In this document: positions 54,277-57,546 of the stretch, one piece after another
How positions within the stretch are numbered: position 1 is the stretch's first letter
Layout of the letters: the number at the start of each line of letters is the position of its first letter
NCBI GenBank assembly: GCA_964648545.1
Contig: CAZYNZ010000001.1
Location: 1-57,546, forward strand
From: an uncultured Candidatus Saccharibacteria bacterium
GTDB taxonomy: Bacteria; Patescibacteriota; Minisyncoccia; Minisyncoccales; RBG-13-42-11
Length of the DNA stretch: 57,546 nucleotides
Direction of reading: 5' to 3'
Program-made: the position numbers and the translations under genes
Notes under the pieces: model-generated
What the model was told of the DNA's origin: nothing
Databases searched by the model: none
The model's input: only the letters and a program-made list of their open reading frames with translations

Positions 54277-55697
54277 TCCTGACGGAACTTACCATAAGTC
54301 AGATAGGGGAAGGGTTGAAGAAAAAAGATTTTTCCGTCCAAGAGATCTGCCAGTCTTTTTTAAAAAAAATAAAGGAAAAAAACAAAGAAATTTTCGCCTT
54401 CCTGAAGGTGACGGAAGAAGAAGTTCTGTTGAAAGCGAAAAAGGCTGACGGGCTGATTTCAAAGAACAAAGAAGTCCCTTTATTGGCCGGAGTGCCTCTT
54501 GCCGTTAAAGACAACATGCAGGTCCAGGGAATTCAGTGCACCGCAGGCTCCAAGATACTTGAAAATTATATCGCTCCGTACGACGCAACCGTTGTAAAAA
54601 GAATAAAGGAGGCAGGAGGAGTAATTTTAGGAAAAACTAATCTGGACGAGTTCGCCATGGGTTCTTCCACTGAGAATTCAGCTTTCGGCCCGACACGCAA
54701 TCCCCATGATACATCCCGCGTTCCGGGTGGCTCATCGGGCGGTTCGGCAGCAGCCGTGGCCGCTGGATTTTGTCCTTATGCTTTCGGTTCTGATACGGGA
54801 GGTTCCATTCGTCTGCCTTCGTCTTTCTGCGGGGTGGTGGGGTTGAAGCCTACTTACGGAGCGGTATCCCGTTACGGGCTGATCGCTTTCGCCTCATCTC
54901 TGGACCAGATAGGGCCGATTACCAGAAGTGTTGAAGACTGCAGAATAGTTTTCAACGCAATCAAGGGCAAAGATGAAATGGATTCAACGAGCGTTGAATA
55001 TCCCAAGTCCGGCAACCAGAAACTGGAAATTAAAAACTTGAAAATCGGGATACCCAAGGAGTATTTCGTAAAAGGAATCGATCCGGAAGTGGAGAAGGCG
55101 ATAAAGAGCGCCATTAAAAAGTACGAGGAGCTGGGGGCGAAAATGATCGAGGTTAGTCTGCCTCACACCGATTACGCTTTGGCCGCCTACTACATAATCA
55201 GCCCTTCGGAAGCTTCGGCCAATCTGGCGAGGTACGACGGTATAAAATACGGTTTTTCCAAAGACGGGAAGGAACTGATAGACGTTTATTTGAAAACAAG
55301 AGGGGAGGGATTCGGGGCCGAGGTAAGAAGGAGAATTATGATAGGTACGTATGCTTTGTCCTCCGGGTATTACGAGGCTTATTATCTGAGAGCCCAGAAG
55401 GTAAGAACCCAGGTCATAAGAGATTTCGAAAAAGTTTTTCAGAAGGTTGATGCGATTTTTTGTCCGGTTTCTCCGATTCTGCCTTTTAAAATAGGGGAGA
55501 AGATCGATGACCCTCTTTCAATGTATCTGGTTGACGTTTATACGGTTTCCGTAAATTTAGCCGGCTTGCCTGCTCTTTCCCTGCCCGTAGGCTCAGTAAG
55601 GGGGCTGCCCGTGGGCCTGCAGATAATCGGAAAGCCGTTTGAAGAAGAAAAAATTTTACAAATAGGAGAAGCATTTGAAAAAACATGGAAAATATAG
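54273..55697 (+). CDS. gatA: Asp/Glu-tRNA(Asn/Gln) amidotransferase subunit A
   Basis: It has the amidase signature GGSSGGSAAAVA and KDNMQVQGIQCTAGSKIL. Confidence 0.95.
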   Translation: MILTELTISQIGEGLKKKDFSVQEICQSFLKKIKEKNKEIFAFLKVTEEEVLLKAKKADGLISKNKEVPLLAGVPLAVKDNMQVQGIQCTAGSKILENYIAPYDATVVKRIKEAGGVILGKTNLDEFAMGSSTENSAFGPTRNPHDTSRVPGGSSGGSAAAVAAGFCPYAFGSDTGGSIRLPSSFCGVVGLKPTYGAVSRYGLIAFASSLDQIGPITRSVEDCRIVFNAIKGKDEMDSTSVEYPKSGNQKLEIKNLKIGIPKEYFVKGIDPEVEKAIKSAIKKYEELGAKMIEVSLPHTDYALAAYYIISPSEASANLARYDGIKYGFSKDGKELIDVYLKTRGEGFGAEVRRRIMIGTYALSSGYYEAYYLRAQKVRTQVIRDFEKVFQKVDAIFCPVSPILPFKIGEKIDDPLSMYLVDVYTVSVNLAGLPALSLPVGSVRGLPVGLQIIGKPFEEEKILQIGEAFEKTWKI

Positions 55698-56206
55698 ACA
55701 AGACAATTATATCATTTCTCTTCGATCCTCCGATGGAGGGCTGGCTGTTTCTTGTGAGACTGGGTTTTTGGGTGACCATCCTGGTTCTGCTCGGAGGAAT
55801 TATATTCTTTATCATAAAAAGCAGTTGGATCAGATACTCCATTCTTTATGATGCCGCCGAGTTTCTGACCTTTCGGCCCTTCGGGGTGAAGAAAATCGAG
55901 AAGCAATGGACGACAATCAGAAGCAGGCTGGATACCGGTCTGGAGTCGGAATACAAATTGGCGGTGATTGAGGTGGATAATATGATGGAAGACATCCTGA
56001 AAAGAATGGGTTATTCCGGAGAGACTCTGGGAGAAAGGCTGAAGGGACTGACCGCAGCCACTCTGCCCAATATCGAAGAAGTAAAAGCCGTCCACCAGAT
56101 CCGCAACAATATCGTTCATGATCCCGATTACAGGCTGTCTTTGGAGGAGACCAAAAACGTCTTAGAGGTTTACGAGAAGGCCTTCCGCGATTTACAGGCG
56201 TTCTAA
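55685..56206 (+). CDS. membrane-anchored protein with C-terminal HEPN-like helical domain (Rx4H motif)
   Basis: It overlaps the gatA stop by 13 nt. It has the N-terminal TM helix WLFLVRLGFWVTILVLLGGIIFFII. The C-terminal helical domain contains VHQIRNNIVHDPDY. Confidence 0.5.
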   Translation: MENIDKTIISFLFDPPMEGWLFLVRLGFWVTILVLLGGIIFFIIKSSWIRYSILYDAAEFLTFRPFGVKKIEKQWTTIRSRLDTGLESEYKLAVIEVDNMMEDILKRMGYSGETLGERLKGLTAATLPNIEEVKAVHQIRNNIVHDPDYRLSLEETKNVLEVYEKAFRDLQAF

Positions 56207-56219
56207 AACGTGATAGAAT
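56192..56219 (+). promoter_or_regulatory. candidate promoter of the tRNA cluster
   Basis: TTACAG, 16 nt spacer, TAGAAT preceded by TGA (extended -10-like). It sits inside an ACGTG...CACGT inverted repeat, 15 nt upstream of the first tRNA. Confidence 0.4.
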
Positions 56220-56233
56220 TACCACGTTATCAT

Positions 56234-56304
56234 CGCGGGGTAGTGGAGTAGTACCATGCGAGGCCCATAACCTCGAGACGCCCGTGCAATTCGGGCCCCC
56301 GCAA
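56234..56304 (+). tRNA. initiator-type tRNA-fMet (anticodon CAT) with atypical loops
   Basis: The acceptor CGCGGGG...CCCCGCA+A is identical to E. coli tRNA-fMet, including the C1xA72 mismatch. The anticodon stem-loop is CGAGG-CCCATAA-CCTCG and the T arm is GCCCG-TGCAATT-CGGGC. No CCA is encoded. Confidence 0.7.
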
Positions 56305-56316
56305 CAAATATTTCTG

Positions 56317-56388
56317 GCCGGCGTAGCTCAGTGGTAGAGCGAGCGCTTCATAAGCGTTAGGTCACAGGTTCGAACCCTGTCGTCGGCA
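56317..56388 (+). tRNA. tRNA with CAT anticodon, elongator Met or Ile2 (lysidine) type
   Basis: It folds as GCCGGCG TA GCTC AGTGGTA GAGC G AGCGC TTCATAA GCGTT AGGTC ACAGG TTCGAAC CCTGT CGTCGGC A, a canonical cloverleaf with G1-C72. Confidence 0.9.
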
Positions 56389-56392
56389 CACT

Positions 56393-56468
56393 GGACCCAT
56401 GGTGTAGCCTGGTTTAACACATCCCCCTGTCACGGGGAAGATCAGGGGTTCAAATCCCCTTGGGTCCG
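56393..56468 (+). tRNA. tRNA-Asp (anticodon GTC)
   Basis: It has the acceptor GGACCCA/TGGGTCC, anticodon arm TCCCC-CTGTCAC-GGGGA, T arm AGGGG-TTCAAAT-CCCCT and discriminator G. Confidence 0.92.
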
Positions 56469-56478
56469 CAGAAGAAAA

Positions 56479-56500
56479 GGAGGGCAAGCAAGCCCTTTTA
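56479..56500 (+). terminator. weak terminator hairpin after the tRNA cluster
   Basis: GGAGGGC-AAGCAA-GCCCTTT stem-loop running into TTTT. Confidence 0.4.
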
Positions 56501-56531
56501 AAATTGAATTTAAGAGAGGAGGAAAGGAAAG

Positions 56532-57272
56532 ATGATTAAAATCCTAGGAATGGCTAGACAAGATATAATAAATAACCTCAATCCCTATCGTATAACCCGC
56601 ATATTGTCATCGGAAGAAATCATGTATATTGCCGAAGCCCTTGGTGTTTTCTGGCAGTATGATTATTACGCGGCTTACTACGAAAAAAAGTGGGGATACC
56701 ACGCCGAATTGAAATCCGGTAAACACAGCGACGCTTTCTTTGATTCCAAACTCATACTGCAATATCCCAACGTTAAAAAGCTGATAGCCTACCAGATGGT
56801 GATGAGGATTAAGCGTCAAAAGTGGGGGATTCCCGATTTCATCGGCGGCGTTCCTGACGGAGCAACGGAATTGGCCAAAGAGATGGCCGCGATAATGGGT
56901 GCAGAATTTGCGGAACTAGAGAAAAAGGAAGGCCGAATAGTATTGATAACCAATTTGGGCCATGCCAGCCTTCTCTTGGTCGAGGATGTCTGCAGCGCAG
57001 GTACTGGTTTTACGGAAGCAGTGTTGCATATAAGGTCGAAAGAGCCCAACGTGAGATTCTTTCCGGTCGAGCCGGTGATCTTGAACCGAGGCGGCTTGAG
57101 GAAAATTTATATAGAAGGAGAATGGACTAGCTTTAAGATTGTCGCCCTTGCCATTCGTCCCGTGAGAGAGTGGGAAGTAAAGCACTGTCCGTTGTGCGAG
57201 AGGGGCTCCAAGGCGATTAAGCCCAAGGAAACAAAGGAGAACTGGCACCTGATTACCACTTCTCAACGATGA
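56532..57272 (+). CDS. type I phosphoribosyltransferase family protein (orotate PRTase-like)
   Basis: It has the PRPP-binding motif LLLVEDVCSAGTG and the C-terminal CPLCERG. It is one of only two genes here with a clear GGAGG Shine-Dalgarno. Confidence 0.65.
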   Translation: MIKILGMARQDIINNLNPYRITRILSSEEIMYIAEALGVFWQYDYYAAYYEKKWGYHAELKSGKHSDAFFDSKLILQYPNVKKLIAYQMVMRIKRQKWGIPDFIGGVPDGATELAKEMAAIMGAEFAELEKKEGRIVLITNLGHASLLLVEDVCSAGTGFTEAVLHIRSKEPNVRFFPVEPVILNRGGLRKIYIEGEWTSFKIVALAIRPVREWEVKHCPLCERGSKAIKPKETKENWHLITTSQR

Positions 57273-57307
57273 AAAAGGAGGATTTTGAGATAAAAATAAG
57301 ATAACGA

Positions 57308-57355
57308 CAGCCCACCGGATTAGCTTGAAAACAGCTGAAATGGTGGGCTGTTTTT
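57308..57355 (+). terminator. rho-independent terminator after the PRTase gene
   Basis: CAGCCCACC...GGTGGGCTG 9-bp stem followed by T5. Confidence 0.7.
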
Positions 57356-57443
57356 CGTTGAAGTTATCCGCCAAGTTTTTTCACAGAAAAAACGAAGGTC
57401 GAAAAGAGGGGGATAATACCTTCTTTGAGCCAGTTTTTCGTGC

Positions 57444-57485
57444 GATGAGATAAATCTCATCTTTCACCTCGTTGTTTTCCACAAC
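57444..57485 (+). repeat. bipartite tandem-hairpin intergenic element, copy 6
   Basis: GATGAGATAAATCTCATC hairpin, spacer TTTCACCTC, then GTTG-TTTTCCA-CAAC hairpin. Confidence 0.55.
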
Positions 57486-57493
57486 TTCGGAGC

Positions 57494-57522
57494 TTGATTT
57501 GAAGGTAAATTTAGGGTAAAAT
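57494..57522 (+). promoter_or_regulatory. candidate promoter for the gene starting at the window edge
   Basis: TTGATT, 17 nt spacer, TAAAAT. An ATG at 57535 opens a frame that runs off the window. Confidence 0.35.
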
Positions 57523-57546
57523 AGAAGAACGGATATGGTAAAAATA

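Noticed and set aside
57444-57470. Minus-strand mini-ORFs starting in the hairpin elements. They show a GAGGTG-like sequence plus ATG, and peptides of the form M-[KR]-x-x-x-S-S.
   Set aside because: The apparent RBS, ATG and shared peptide pattern are a direct consequence of the palindromic GATGAG/CTCATC stem. The frames stop after 3-8 codons in several copies, so they are not coding.
1-57546. CRISPR arrays, transposases or IS elements, integrases, prophage genes, restriction-modification or toxin-antitoxin operons.
   Set aside because: No regularly spaced direct repeats and no ORF with the corresponding motifs were seen. The only Cas-like gene is an isolated Cas4-family nuclease. The gaps between genes are too short to hide such systems.

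Overview
The window is dense, almost entirely plus-strand bacterial DNA in the standard genetic code, since TGA is used as a stop. Its core (about 16.1-42.3 kb) is a fused str-S10-spc-alpha ribosomal-protein super-operon. This runs rpsL-rpsG-fusA-tuf-rpsJ ... rpsE-rplO-secY-adk-map, then six non-ribosomal genes, then infA-rpmJ-rpsM-rpsK-rpsD-rpoA-rplQ-rplM-rpsI.

Flanking regions:
- **Left flank, regulation and export:** a DUF5320/DUF134/PocR trio, and an ECF sigma / anti-sigma / MacAB-like ABC exporter cassette.
- **Left flank, redox and DNA genes:** a thioredoxin-CcdA fusion, YjbQ, a ferredoxin and nrdDG, followed by a standalone ComEC nuclease domain and a divergent adenylate-kinase-like gene.
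- **Left flank, RNA genes:** an orphan structured sRNA, tRNA-Pro and rpmB.
- **Right flank, proteins:** a Cas4-like nuclease, two large surface proteins, an MFS transporter, two mreB paralogs, holB, frr, rseP, proS, gatCA and a membrane-anchored HEPN-like protein, with a phosphoribosyltransferase downstream of the tRNA cluster.
- **Right flank, RNA genes:** a three-tRNA cluster.

Several traits fit a reduced Patescibacteria/CPR-like genome, which is an inference only. There is no L30 gene, AlaRS and ProRS are compact, RpoA lacks its alpha-CTD, several ribosomal proteins carry Lys-rich extensions, and start codons almost never have a Shine-Dalgarno sequence.

I saw no CRISPR array, transposase, integrase, phage gene or recognisable defence operon.

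The most notable unexplained signals are:
1. A bipartite tandem-hairpin element recurring in at least six intergenic regions.
2. An orphan promoter-to-terminator structured sRNA at 14.9-15.1 kb.
3. An initiator-type tRNA with non-canonical C33, D-loop and T-loop.
4. A transmembrane HEPN-like (Rx4H) protein coupled to gatA.

All functional calls come from reading the translations. No database search was run.
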